From: Hyphomicrobiales bacterium
Lineage (GTDB): Bacteria > Pseudomonadota > Alphaproteobacteria > Rhizobiales > Rhizobiaceae
Assembly: GCA_017305835.1 (NCBI GenBank)
Contig: JAFKJY010000042.1
Location: forward strand, 36,110-100,109
Direction: 5' to 3'
DNA length: 64,000 nt
Shown here: positions 38,386 to 46,018 of the stretch, piece after piece
Numbering within the stretch: position 1 is the stretch's first letter
How the letters are laid out: every line of letters begins with the position of its first letter
The notes under the pieces: generated by a model
What the model was told of the DNA's origin: nothing
The model's database searches: none
Seen by the model: only the letters and a program-made list of their open reading frames with translations
Made by a program: the position numbers and the translations under genes

Positions 38386-38913
38386 TCACCCGTTCGCCGC
38401 CAGCCAGGCGCCGACCTCGTCGGAGGAAGCGCCGAGTGCCGCGGCAATCGCGCCAGCGTCCGCGCCGCCGGCGCGCATGCGCGCGATCAGCCGACGCTCG
38501 TCGGCCTCGAAATGCGGGATCTCGACATCGGCCGAAGGCCGCAAGGGCGACCGCCCGTCGCGCGTCGTCGCGCGCCCCGCCGGAGCGACAGGAGGCGAAG
38601 CCTCCGGTACGTCGCGCGAGGCATAATCCTCTTCCACGAGAGCCCCGACGATCTCGTCGAGCAGATCCTCGTTCCACCACCTCGCCTTGCGGGCGTTGTT
38701 GAGGTGCGCCGAGGCGGCGGCCGGCGAGATGAAGGCGCAGCAGCGCGACAGCCCGGCCTTGCGCGCCTGCGGCCACGCCTCCGTCAGCGCGGCATAGGCG
38801 AGCACGCGGCTGCGTCCGCCCGGCACGCCGGACGCGATCGACAGCGGATCGTCGCCGTGGAACCGCGCGGCCATGACGATGGCCGTGGCTATTCTGTCGG
38901 CCGAGGGGAACAT
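38386..38913 (-). CDS. Hypothetical protein
   Basis: 175 aa between cII and methylase, C-terminal HTH-like segment. Confidence 0.55.
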   Translation of the reverse strand: MFPSADRIATAIVMAARFHGDDPLSIASGVPGGRSRVLAYAALTEAWPQARKAGLSRCCAFISPAAASAHLNNARKARWWNEDLLDEIVGALVEEDYASRDVPEASPPVAPAGRATTRDGRSPLRPSADVEIPHFEADERRLIARMRAGGADAGAIAAALGASSDEVGAWLAANG

Positions 38914-39395
38914 CAGGCCTGCCCCTCGCGCATGACGACCTTGAGGCCACCTTCCGCGCGGCCGGCTGCAGCCGAGCGCTTGCCCTTCACGAGCGCGCGT
39001 TCGAGCCGCTCCATGACGCGACTGAGGTCTGTCAATTCGTTCGGAGTCAGCTTGCCGTCGGCTACCGCCGCACCAAAGACGCCTCCGAGTTGCCCGGAGA
39101 CGACGAGCACCTCCGCCATCGCGGTCATAACGCAGGTCTCGCCTTCGGTGACAGGATCGGACAGCATGCGTCCGTCAATCGCGGCGAGAGCCGCCGTAAC
39201 CACCGGCACCCGGCACTTCTTCTGCAGCGCGATCACCGCAGGCCATGGCATCAGCGTCGGATTCCCGACGTCTGCCCAACGGCCGATCGTGCTGCGCCCG
39301 TACGGCACGATCACCTTGCAGTCGTCGATGCCGCCGCAAAGCCTGACGAGCTCGTTCTGAGCATGCTTGATCATCATGTGCTCGTCGGGGGACAT
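38913..39395 (-). CDS. CII-like regulatory protein
   Basis: LVRLCGGI...STIGRWAD, DGKLTPNE pattern; position after cro. Confidence 0.65.
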   Translation of the reverse strand: MSPDEHMMIKHAQNELVRLCGGIDDCKVIVPYGRSTIGRWADVGNPTLMPWPAVIALQKKCRVPVVTAALAAIDGRMLSDPVTEGETCVMTAMAEVLVVSGQLGGVFGAAVADGKLTPNELTDLSRVMERLERALVKGKRSAAAGRAEGGLKVVMREGQA

Positions 39396-39590
39396 CTCGG
39401 CCTCGCATGCGCGCGCGATCCCGTGGCGGGACAAACACGCGAAAAATCCCCTAGTGGGACGCAACGGATCGATTCACAGTGCGGGCATGGAAACCCGCGG
39501 ACACATCAGCCGGTCACGGCGGCGCGTGAGGCATCGGCAGGAGGCCCAAGGGCGCCTCCTGCCGACCCGGCTCGCTCTCACAGGTGTGGG

Positions 39591-39665
39591 TGGTTGCGGG
39601 GGCGGGATTCGAACCCGCGACCTCTTTGCTTTGAGGCTGGCGAGCTGCCGCTGCTCTACCCCGGC
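39591..39665 (-). pseudogene. Degenerate tRNA-fMet-like element
   Basis: Intact D-arm, T-arm GCGGG-TTCGAAT-CCCGC and CCCCGCAACCA end; anticodon stem unpaired, loop CTCAAAG. Confidence 0.75.
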
Positions 39666-39782
39666 AGTGATTATTCAGATCGGCCAATCGCTGCAGGCCG
39701 ACGACGGTTTCGCAATAGTGCGCGGCCGCGCGCTCGACGGCCTGCGCGACGCTGCAGCCGTGATGCGCCGCGATCAGGCGCA

Positions 39783-39828
39783 GAAAAAGCGCTGCGCCGG
39801 AGGCGCGGTGCGAATCGGCCTCCGGCGC
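39783..39828 (-). terminator. Terminator-like hairpin between cro and cII
   Basis: 11-bp stem GCGCCGGAGGC/GCCTCCGGCGC then TTTTT 5 nt later on minus strand. Confidence 0.45.
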
Positions 39829-39932
39829 GCCGCCCGCGTCCTTCGTGAGCCCCAGGTCGCGGGCGGGGATGGGGTCGGCAGGGCACGCGAGACTCGGCCC
39901 TGCCCGCCCGCGGCCGGAAGGCGGAGCCGCGG

Positions 39933-39981
39933 GAAAGGAAAAGGTCGCCCCGCCGACGCACAGACTTTGCAGCGGGGCGAC
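39933..39981 (-). terminator. Terminator-like hairpin just after cro
   Basis: 10-bp stem GTCGCCCCGC/GCGGGGCGAC followed by CTTTTCCTTT. Confidence 0.45.
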
Positions 39982-40049
39982 AGTCCGGGCGGGAACGCCC
40001 CGGGAGGAATCGATGGGCATCTTGCCCCACGGAGAAACGGCCATGGCGA

Positions 40050-40283
40050 TCATTCGGCCGGCTCCGGCTGGGACAACACAGGAGCAGCGACCGCGGCTGC
40101 AAGCGCCTCTAGCGTAACTCCAGCTATTCCCCTGCCGTCGGCTGACCGCACCATCGAAAGCCAGTATTCCGAAGGAACCGACGAACGGCGGCGCATGGCT
40201 TTCGCTGTCCCGTACTCGACGCCGATGTCGGCGGCGAAGTCCGCGAGTGTCGGCCAGAGGTTGATCAGGTCCGAATGCGTCAT
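40050..40283 (-). CDS. Cro-like regulator
   Basis: LINLWPTLADFAADIGVEYGTAKAMRRR HTH; divergent from cI. Confidence 0.8.
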   Translation of the reverse strand: MTHSDLINLWPTLADFAADIGVEYGTAKAMRRRSSVPSEYWLSMVRSADGRGIAGVTLEALAAAVAAPVLSQPEPAE

Positions 40284-40290
40284 TAGGCGA

Positions 40291-40367
40291 AAGGTACAAA
40301 TCATACCTCAATCTGTCAAGCACGCAGGATATGATTTGTATCCTTGCCGCCGGGTATCTTTTGTACC
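40291..40367. promoter_or_regulatory. OR-type switch: PR promoter and three operators
   Basis: Minus strand TTGACA-N17-TACCTT; GRTA-N7-TAYC operators at 40293-40307, 40328-40342, 40353-40367. Confidence 0.85.
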
Positions 40368-40814
40368 ATGGCCAACGATCTAGAGAAATTTGACAAGCAA
40401 GAGCGCGCGAGCCGGCTGAAGCAGGCGAGGATGCGCGCTGGCATTTCGGGACCAAAGGGAGTGTATGACGCCTCTGGAGGCGCCATCGACATCAACCTCT
40501 ACAAAGGTCATGAATCGGGCCGGAATGCTTTTTCGGTAAGCGAAGGTCGGCGCTATGCCGATCTGTTCGGTGTGCCTCTCACTTGGCTCTACCTCGGCAT
40601 CGGCAGACCGGAGGACGTCGGACTGCCCGGCGCTTCAAAAGAGCTGCGGCAGGCCTTTGCGAAAGTGATCGACGCCCCTCAAGGCGTACAGGATCAGGTC
40701 ATCAGTTTCATAAGGTTCGCGGTTGGCCAGGCTCAGGAGCCTTCGCAATCACCACAAGACCAACACCGTGATCAACATGAACGCGCCAATCGCCACCGTG
40801 CAATAGCGCCATAG
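40368..40814 (+). CDS. CI-like XRE repressor without S24 peptidase domain
   Basis: RLKQARMRAG...HESGRN...YADLFGVPLTWLYLG; only 148 aa. Confidence 0.8.
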   Translation: MANDLEKFDKQERASRLKQARMRAGISGPKGVYDASGGAIDINLYKGHESGRNAFSVSEGRRYADLFGVPLTWLYLGIGRPEDVGLPGASKELRQAFAKVIDAPQGVQDQVISFIRFAVGQAQEPSQSPQDQHRDQHERANRHRAIAP

Positions 40815-40956
40815 CGACGGCAATCTCTGCCGTCTTCCGTTTGACAACGATCTTCGGGTCCATGGGCGGGGCAGCTCCGGCCGCCTCTCTTAGCTCAGCG
40901 ATGATCTCGTCGTTGCGAGTTGCGAACCTTTGCCGGAGCTGGTGCCTGATCGCCAT
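40708..40956 (-). CDS. Small LexA-controlled protein convergent with cI (candidate antirepressor)
   Basis: 82 aa, GGAGG RBS, LexA box ~50 bp upstream. Confidence 0.55.
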   Translation of the reverse strand: MAIRHQLRQRFATRNDEIIAELREAAGAAPPMDPKIVVKRKTAEIAVAMALLHGGDWRVHVDHGVGLVVIAKAPEPGQPRTL

Positions 40957-41002
40957 GTCGCCCTCCATCTCCCTAGGAACACCGTCCTAGCCGCAGAGTC
41001 AA

Positions 41003-41017
41003 GAACATACGCGGAAC
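41003..41017. promoter_or_regulatory. LexA (SOS) box
   Basis: GAAC-ATACGCG-GAAC, adjacent to a minus-strand TTGACT. Confidence 0.75.
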
Positions 41018-41051
41018 GCCTAGGGTTGATTCGTGCCCTCCCCGCCATTGG

Positions 41052-41103
41052 GGTATGATCCGTATCTTTTTCGCTTGCATAGATCGGGTACGTAATGTAC
41101 CTC
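41052..41103 (+). promoter_or_regulatory. OL-type region: PL promoter with two operators
   Basis: TTGCAT(41075)-N17-TACCTC; operators GGTATGATCCGTATC (41052-41066) and GGTACGTAATGTACC (41087-41101). Confidence 0.8.
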
Positions 41104-41133
41104 TCCATTCGCACAACGCGACTGGAGGCCATA

Positions 41134-41727
41134 GTGTCAGCTCTCGACATCAACGACCTTGTCCGGGTCGAGATCACCATCTGGGTGGCGGGCAAGCCCG
41201 TCGATCCTGCGCACGAGCTTGCGGCCGACGCCTGCGACCGCGAGTTGACGCTCAACCTCGGCGCCGACGAGCCGGACAGTCTCGTCTCCACCCTGACGGA
41301 AATCGCCGAAGCGGCGGAGCACCATCGGCTCTACGGCTGGTTGGCGCAGGAGATGGCCAATTTCCCTGCCGGCGCCGGCGAGATCGTCGCGGTCGAGGAT
41401 CACGCCCTGACATGGGCGCGCAAGCTGGCAAAGGATTTCTACGGCCTCGAACTGGACGACACCGATTTCCCGCCCGCGTTCCGGTCCCTCAGCCAGGCTT
41501 CCGCCGGATGGATGCCTGCCTTGCTCGAAGTCGTGCGTTCGCATCTGCCGCAAGGCGATGGAGATCGTCGCCGAGCTTCACGGCCTGCACCGGATCAAGC
41601 GTCAGCCACAGCTCCTGATGTGGTCCAAGCAGAACGTCGGCCTCGCCCGTCACATAGTCCAGCCGCAGACGGGGCCAGCCCTCGGCCGAAAGCTCGGCGG
41701 CGTAAGACGCCAGGAGGGGACGCGTGA
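41134..41727 (+). CDS. First gene of early-left operon, hypothetical
   Basis: GTG with GGAGG RBS downstream of PL. Confidence 0.6.
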   Translation: MSALDINDLVRVEITIWVAGKPVDPAHELAADACDRELTLNLGADEPDSLVSTLTEIAEAAEHHRLYGWLAQEMANFPAGAGEIVAVEDHALTWARKLAKDFYGLELDDTDFPPAFRSLSQASAGWMPALLEVVRSHLPQGDGDRRRASRPAPDQASATAPDVVQAERRPRPSHSPAADGASPRPKARRRKTPGGDA

Positions 41728-41930
41728 TGCGAGTTCCCGCGTCAGTCTTCCCGGCCCCATCTCGCTTCATCGGAATAGCTCCTCGTTGGGTTCAAGCTGC
41801 GAGGGGTTACCGGCGGCGGATGCTTTCTCCATCCGTCGCCGACTTCTTCCCCAAACCTACACCTGTTCTTGCGCGCCATACAACAAATGCCGCGACCGCA
41901 CAGGTCTTTGCACAGGAGAACTTGCGATGA
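41724..41930 (+). CDS. Hypothetical protein
   Basis: Overlapping chain in early-left operon. Confidence 0.4.
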   Translation: MMRVPASVFPAPSRFIGIAPRWVQAARGYRRRMLSPSVADFFPKPTPVLARHTTNAATAQVFAQENLR

Positions 41931-42214
41931 TCCGCTACACCACCGCAGGGCTGCGCGTCCTGCCGCGCTCGGGCGAGGACGGCCGCTCCTCGATCGTCGA
42001 TCGCCTTGCCGAGACGATGCGCGAGATGGCCTTTGCCGGGCAGAACGCCACGGTCGAGAGCCTGTCGGCCCGCTGCCACCTCACCCCCGACGAGATCCGC
42101 GCCTTCGGCCCGGAAGCCGCCGACCTCGCCCGCGCCCGCTCGGTCCGCGCGCTCCGCGACGACCTCCCCCGCATCCGCGTCCCCGCCGGCTCGCGCCACC
42201 ACGAGGCGGCGTGA
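41927..42214 (+). CDS. Hypothetical protein
   Basis: AGGAG RBS, ATGA overlap. Confidence 0.6.
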   Translation: MIRYTTAGLRVLPRSGEDGRSSIVDRLAETMREMAFAGQNATVESLSARCHLTPDEIRAFGPEAADLARARSVRALRDDLPRIRVPAGSRHHEAA

Positions 42215-42215
42215 C

Positions 42216-42464
42216 ATGGGCGATCTGCGCATCGAGAATCCGGCGACCACGGACCAGTTCGTGGCGCTGATGGAGGCGGCCGACGTCAAGTTGCCGCTGG
42301 CCCTGCATGATGGGGACCTTGGCGTCGTCGTCGACGCGGAGGGACGCGATGTTCTCACCGTCGACGTCAACGGTGGGCGACCCGACGAGGCGGTCGAACA
42401 GATCGCGGGATGGATCGTGCTCGCCGTGAACACCTGCGGCGGCTTCCGGGCGGAACGCGCATGA
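42216..42464 (+). CDS. Hypothetical protein
   Basis: 82 aa, coupled. Confidence 0.55.
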   Translation: MGDLRIENPATTDQFVALMEAADVKLPLALHDGDLGVVVDAEGRDVLTVDVNGGRPDEAVEQIAGWIVLAVNTCGGFRAERA

Positions 42465-42664
42465 GCCCCGCCCCGATCATCCTCGAAGGCTTTTCGCGAG
42501 CGGCGGAAGCGCGCCGCGCCCGGGTCTCGGCGGACCTGACCGGGCGCGGCGCCTCCATCCTGCTGTGGCTGGCCGTCTCCCTGTCCCTCGGCGGCGCGAC
42601 CATGCTTCTGGTCGACCGCCTCTGCACCATGGAGGCCGCCGCGCGGATCGCGGCGGGTGTGTGA
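42461..42664 (+). CDS. Small membrane protein
   Basis: One TM (ILLWLAVSLSLGGATMLLV). Confidence 0.5.
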   Translation: MSPAPIILEGFSRAAEARRARVSADLTGRGASILLWLAVSLSLGGATMLLVDRLCTMEAAARIAAGV

Positions 42665-42810
42665 TGGCCTCCTTCCCGCCCCCGCCCGACTACGCCGATC
42701 CCGAGCCGCTGCCGGCCCGCCCGTCCGACCGCTTCCTGACGGTCGTCGTCATCCTCTGCGCATCGATCGGTTTCTTCGCCGGCGCGCTGTTCATGGCGGT
42801 GATCGCATGA
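42664..42810 (+). CDS. Small membrane protein
   Basis: One TM (FLTVVVILCASIGFFAGALFMAVI). Confidence 0.5.
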   Translation: MASFPPPPDYADPEPLPARPSDRFLTVVVILCASIGFFAGALFMAVIA

Positions 42811-43109
42811 GCAAGGCACGCGCGCCCTTCGATCCCGGCGATCCCTTCGACGCGATGGCCGAGAGCATACGCCGCCAAGTCTGCGACATCGCGCTCGGGA
42901 TGCTCAATGTCGGCGTCTATCGCGACCTGCCGCCCGGTCGCCAGCTCGAATGCCTGATGGCCGGCCTGCTGACCGGCACGATCGGCGTCCTCTTCGCCCA
43001 GATCGATCGCGCCCACACGGTCGAGGGCCGCGACGAGTTCATGCGCGCCATCGCCGACTACCTCCCGCTCGCGCGCCAGAACGCCGAGGAGATCATCTAC
43101 AATGGCTGA
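42807..43109 (+). CDS. Hypothetical protein
   Basis: 100 aa, coupled. Confidence 0.55.
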   Translation: MSKARAPFDPGDPFDAMAESIRRQVCDIALGMLNVGVYRDLPPGRQLECLMAGLLTGTIGVLFAQIDRAHTVEGRDEFMRAIADYLPLARQNAEEIIYNG

Positions 43110-43338
43110 GTTCTCCGAGCTTTCAGGCCGTTGGGCCGCAGATCTCGGCAATGCGATCTCCGACGCGATCCACGCAGCGCTGTTGCGTGGAATGGAAACG
43201 GACGAGGCAGCCTGCATCGCGGTCTCCGTGGCGGCCGACTATGCCCGCGCCGAATATGGCGACGCATATCTGCAAGACTTGGCAAAGGTCGTCGTCATGC
43301 GAGCCGGCCGACCGATGCCGGAGGATGCGTCGACATGA
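43102..43338 (+). CDS. Hypothetical protein
   Basis: 78 aa, coupled. Confidence 0.55.
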   Translation: MAEFSELSGRWAADLGNAISDAIHAALLRGMETDEAACIAVSVAADYARAEYGDAYLQDLAKVVVMRAGRPMPEDAST

Positions 43339-43616
43339 CCGTCGCCCGCCACGAGGGCCGATTGCAGCTCTGCTGCGACGGCTGCCCCGCGTCCTTCCCC
43401 GAGACCTACGAGGCCGAGGACTTCGCCACGATGATCGCCGACGCCAGGGCGGCGGGCTGGCGCATCGTCAAGCGCCAGTTGCCGGCCGAGCCGGACACGA
43501 GGGGCCTGTTCGGCCGCGCGCCCCGCATCGCCGGGCCGCGCCGCAAGCCCGAGCCCTACAGCCACACCTGCCCGGCCTGCCTCGCGCCCGCCGAGCCGCA
43601 CGGATCGCTGCTGTGA
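43335..43616 (+). CDS. Zn-finger-like hypothetical protein
   Basis: CCDGC ... HTCPAC. Confidence 0.55.
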   Translation: MTVARHEGRLQLCCDGCPASFPETYEAEDFATMIADARAAGWRIVKRQLPAEPDTRGLFGRAPRIAGPRRKPEPYSHTCPACLAPAEPHGSLL

Positions 43617-43643
43617 CCACCCGTCCCAACAAGGAGAACTGCC

Positions 43644-44510
43644 ATGCAGACTGACATCGTCCGGCCGCAGGCCGGCCTGCCGATCTTCCGCGCCGAGGGG
43701 CGCGACCGGCTCTTCCTCCGCGCCGGCGCGCAGATTGCCGGTGCGGACAGCCGCGCCGACGCCGAAACCGAGATCGCCCTGCCCGAGTTCGCCGCCGGCA
43801 CGGACTATCTCATTCGCAGCGATGCCGGCGCTCTCGTCGTCGCGCCGGCCGGCGCGGACCTGGCCGACGCGATCGGCGGCTTCCATTTCGCGCCGGGCGA
43901 CAACGCGTCCGCCCGCGCCGGCGGCGACGACGCGCCGGCGATCAACCCGTTCTCGATCTGGGACGCCGGCTTCCGCCCGGCCTGCGATCCGCGCGGCATG
44001 GCGCTGGTCGACCTGCCCGACGGCCGACGTCTCTGGGTCGACATCTACCTGCTCGGCACGGACCATCTGGCGCAGGGCACCAGCCGTCACGGCGCGACGA
44101 TCGCCGACGGCCACAGGAACAAGCCGAAGAAGCCGGACGGCAGCCGCCACGACGGCCTCGATTTCCTGACGGCCGTCGACATCTATGCCGGCCACGGCAA
44201 GCGGCTGCTCACCTATGACGAGTTCCGTGCCGCCGCCTTCGGCGTGACGGAGAAGAGCTCGGCCGACGACAAGCCGGAGACCGCCGGCCTCGACGCGGCA
44301 CGCACCAGCCGGTTCGGCCTGATGCAGGCGACTGGCAATCTCTGGGTCTGGGGAACCGACGGCGACCCCGACGATCCGCGCCCCTCGCTCTTCGGCGGCT
44401 CGTGGCTCAGCGGTCAGTACGCGGGCTCGCGCTACGCGGACCTCGACAGCTGGCCGGACTACTCCGTCGAGGGCTTCTCCGCGCGGGGCTGCCGTGACCA
44501 TGAATCCTGA
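43644..44510 (+). CDS. DGR target 1: Mtd-like C-type-lectin-fold protein
   Basis: AGTDY, GGFHFAPG, INPFSIWD.GFRP, DPRGM, WVDIYLLG, HGKRL, GNLWVWG, FGGSW, ARGCRDH motifs as recalled for BPP-1 Mtd; VR at C-terminus. Confidence 0.92.
   Translation: MQTDIVRPQAGLPIFRAEGRDRLFLRAGAQIAGADSRADAETEIALPEFAAGTDYLIRSDAGALVVAPAGADLADAIGGFHFAPGDNASARAGGDDAPAINPFSIWDAGFRPACDPRGMALVDLPDGRRLWVDIYLLGTDHLAQGTSRHGATIADGHRNKPKKPDGSRHDGLDFLTAVDIYAGHGKRLLTYDEFRAAAFGVTEKSSADDKPETAGLDAARTSRFGLMQATGNLWVWGTDGDPDDPRPSLFGGSWLSGQYAGSRYADLDSWPDYSVEGFSARGCRDHES
44377..44498 (+). repeat. DGR variable repeat VR1
   Basis: 122-bp match to TR with 13 mismatches, all at TR adenines. Confidence 0.97.
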
Positions 44511-44514
44511 CACC

Positions 44515-44534
44515 GCCGGCGCGAAAGCGCCGGC
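44515..44534 (+). promoter_or_regulatory. DGR target-recognition hairpin after VR1
   Basis: GCCGGCGC-GAAA-GCGCCGGC (8-bp stem, 4-nt loop). Confidence 0.9.
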
Positions 44535-44565
44535 CACCCTTCCCACACCAACCAGGAGGCCGTCC

Positions 44566-45471
44566 ATGGACGCCACAGTCAAGCAGACCCGTATCGATCG
44601 CGCCATCGCCGACGCGCCGATCTTCATCGTCACCGGCCGCGCGCGAATAGCCCTGCGCGCCGGAACCGTCATCCACCGGGACGGATTGCCGATCGCGCTG
44701 GACGGTGACCTGCCCATCTCGATCGACCTGGCCGACCTCGCGCCCGGAACGGACTTCGCCGTGCTGATCGAGGACGGCGCCGCCCGCGCGGTGCCGTGCC
44801 CCGGCGCCATCCCCGAAGGTGCGATCGGCGGCTTCCACTATGCCCCGAGCGGCAACGCAGAGGCCCGCGCCGGCGGCGACGGCCAGCCGGCCATCAACCC
44901 GTTCTCCTGCTGGGATATCGGCTTCCGCCCCGGCTGCGATCCGCGCGGCATGACGCTCGTCATGGTCGGCGGGCACCGCCTCTGGGTCGACATCTACCTG
45001 CTCGGCACGGACCATTTGGCGCAGGGCACCAGCCGCTGCGGCGCGGCGATCGCCGACGGCCGCGACCTGCCGCAGCGCGTCGACGGCAAGGGCGCCTGTC
45101 GCAAGCTCGACCATGCGACGGCGGTCGAGATCTACGCACATCACGGCAAGCGGCTGCTCGGCGCCGAGGAGTTCTTCGCCGCGGCCTTCGGCGTCGCCGA
45201 GCGGAAGTCGCTGGACGACGAGCCGTCGATCGCCGGTGCGCTGGACGGCAGGGGCGAGCGTTTCGTCAGCGCCCGCGGGCTGCACGGCGCCACCGGCACC
45301 ATGTGGCAGTGGGGCACCGACGGCGACCCCGACGAACCGCGCCCCTCGATCTTCGGCGGCTCGTGGATCGACGGTCAGGACGCGGGCTCGCGCTACGCGT
45401 ACCTCGTCGGCTGGCCGGACAACTCCGTCGGGAGCCTCTCCGCGCGGGGCTGCCGTGACCATGAATCCTGA
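44566..45471 (+). CDS. DGR target 2: Mtd-like C-type-lectin-fold protein
   Basis: AGGAGG RBS; same Mtd motifs as target 1; VR at C-terminus. Confidence 0.92.
   Translation: MDATVKQTRIDRAIADAPIFIVTGRARIALRAGTVIHRDGLPIALDGDLPISIDLADLAPGTDFAVLIEDGAARAVPCPGAIPEGAIGGFHYAPSGNAEARAGGDGQPAINPFSCWDIGFRPGCDPRGMTLVMVGGHRLWVDIYLLGTDHLAQGTSRCGAAIADGRDLPQRVDGKGACRKLDHATAVEIYAHHGKRLLGAEEFFAAAFGVAERKSLDDEPSIAGALDGRGERFVSARGLHGATGTMWQWGTDGDPDEPRPSIFGGSWIDGQDAGSRYAYLVGWPDNSVGSLSARGCRDHES
45338..45459 (+). repeat. DGR variable repeat VR2
   Basis: 122-bp match to TR with 12 mismatches, all at TR adenines. Confidence 0.97.
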
Positions 45472-45475
45472 TGCC

Positions 45476-45495
45476 GCCGGCGCGAAAGCGCCGGC
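45476..45495 (+). promoter_or_regulatory. DGR target-recognition hairpin after VR2
   Basis: Identical GCCGGCGC-GAAA-GCGCCGGC. Confidence 0.9.
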
Positions 45496-45515
45496 CGCCT
45501 GAACGGGGCCGACCG

Positions 45516-45881
45516 ATGATCAGGGACAATCCGGCCAGCACGACGGGGCTGGCGATCATGGAGAGATACGAGGCCGCGATGGCCTATCTCTATCCGATCG
45601 TCCAGCGCTTTCCGCGCCGCCACGGCAAGCTGCGCGACGCGCTGCTGGACACGATGATCGCTGAGGTCGGCCTCATCTATCACGCGGCGAAGTCGCGGCA
45701 GGCCTCGCGCCTGCACGCGGCCGACGCCAATCTAGCGACGCTGCGTTTCTGGTTGCGCTTCGCGGCCGATCCCTCGCTCAAGATCCTCTCGCCTGCCCAG
45801 CACAGGGCCGCCCTGCGGCTCCTGGCCGAGGTCGGCGCGATGCTCGGCGTCTGGATCGCCTCCACGAAGGGCAACGGGTGA
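45516..45881 (+). CDS. avd: DGR accessory variability determinant (four-helix bundle)
   Basis: ERYE...YLYP...PRRHG, ADANLATLRFWLRF, EVGAMLGVWI; position between VR and TR. Confidence 0.93.
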   Translation: MIRDNPASTTGLAIMERYEAAMAYLYPIVQRFPRRHGKLRDALLDTMIAEVGLIYHAAKSRQASRLHAADANLATLRFWLRFAADPSLKILSPAQHRAALRLLAEVGAMLGVWIASTKGNG

Positions 45882-45896
45882 ACGGGGATAGGATGG

Positions 45897-46018
45897 CGCG
45901 CCCATCGATCTTCGGCGGCTCGTGGATCAACGGTCAGAACGCGGGCTCGCGCTACGCGAACCTCGACAACTGGCCGGACAACTCCAACGAGAACATCTCC
46001 GCGCGGGGCTGCCGTGAC
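45897..46018 (+). ncRNA. DGR template repeat TR
   Basis: 24 adenines, 7 in-frame AAC codons; 3' end diverges (GACCCATTT) from the VR IMH (CATGAATCCTGA). Confidence 0.96.

Noticed and set aside
39591-39665. Functional tRNA-Leu(CAA), or a second att site
   Set aside because: Anticodon stem cannot pair, and no duplicate of its 3' end was seen in the window.
44494-44565. Longer start for target 2 at the ATG inside the VR1 IMH
   Set aside because: Would translate the hairpin region; ATG 44566 has a clear AGGAGG RBS.
45500-45887. TGAACGGGG repeated before avd and right after the avd stop
   Set aside because: Only 9 bp in GC-rich DNA, so it is compatible with chance.
44377-46018. Three ~122-bp repeats as a CRISPR array or simple duplication
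   Set aside because: Spacing of 0.5-1 kb, coding context and A-only mismatches; no cas genes or spacer pattern anywhere in the window.
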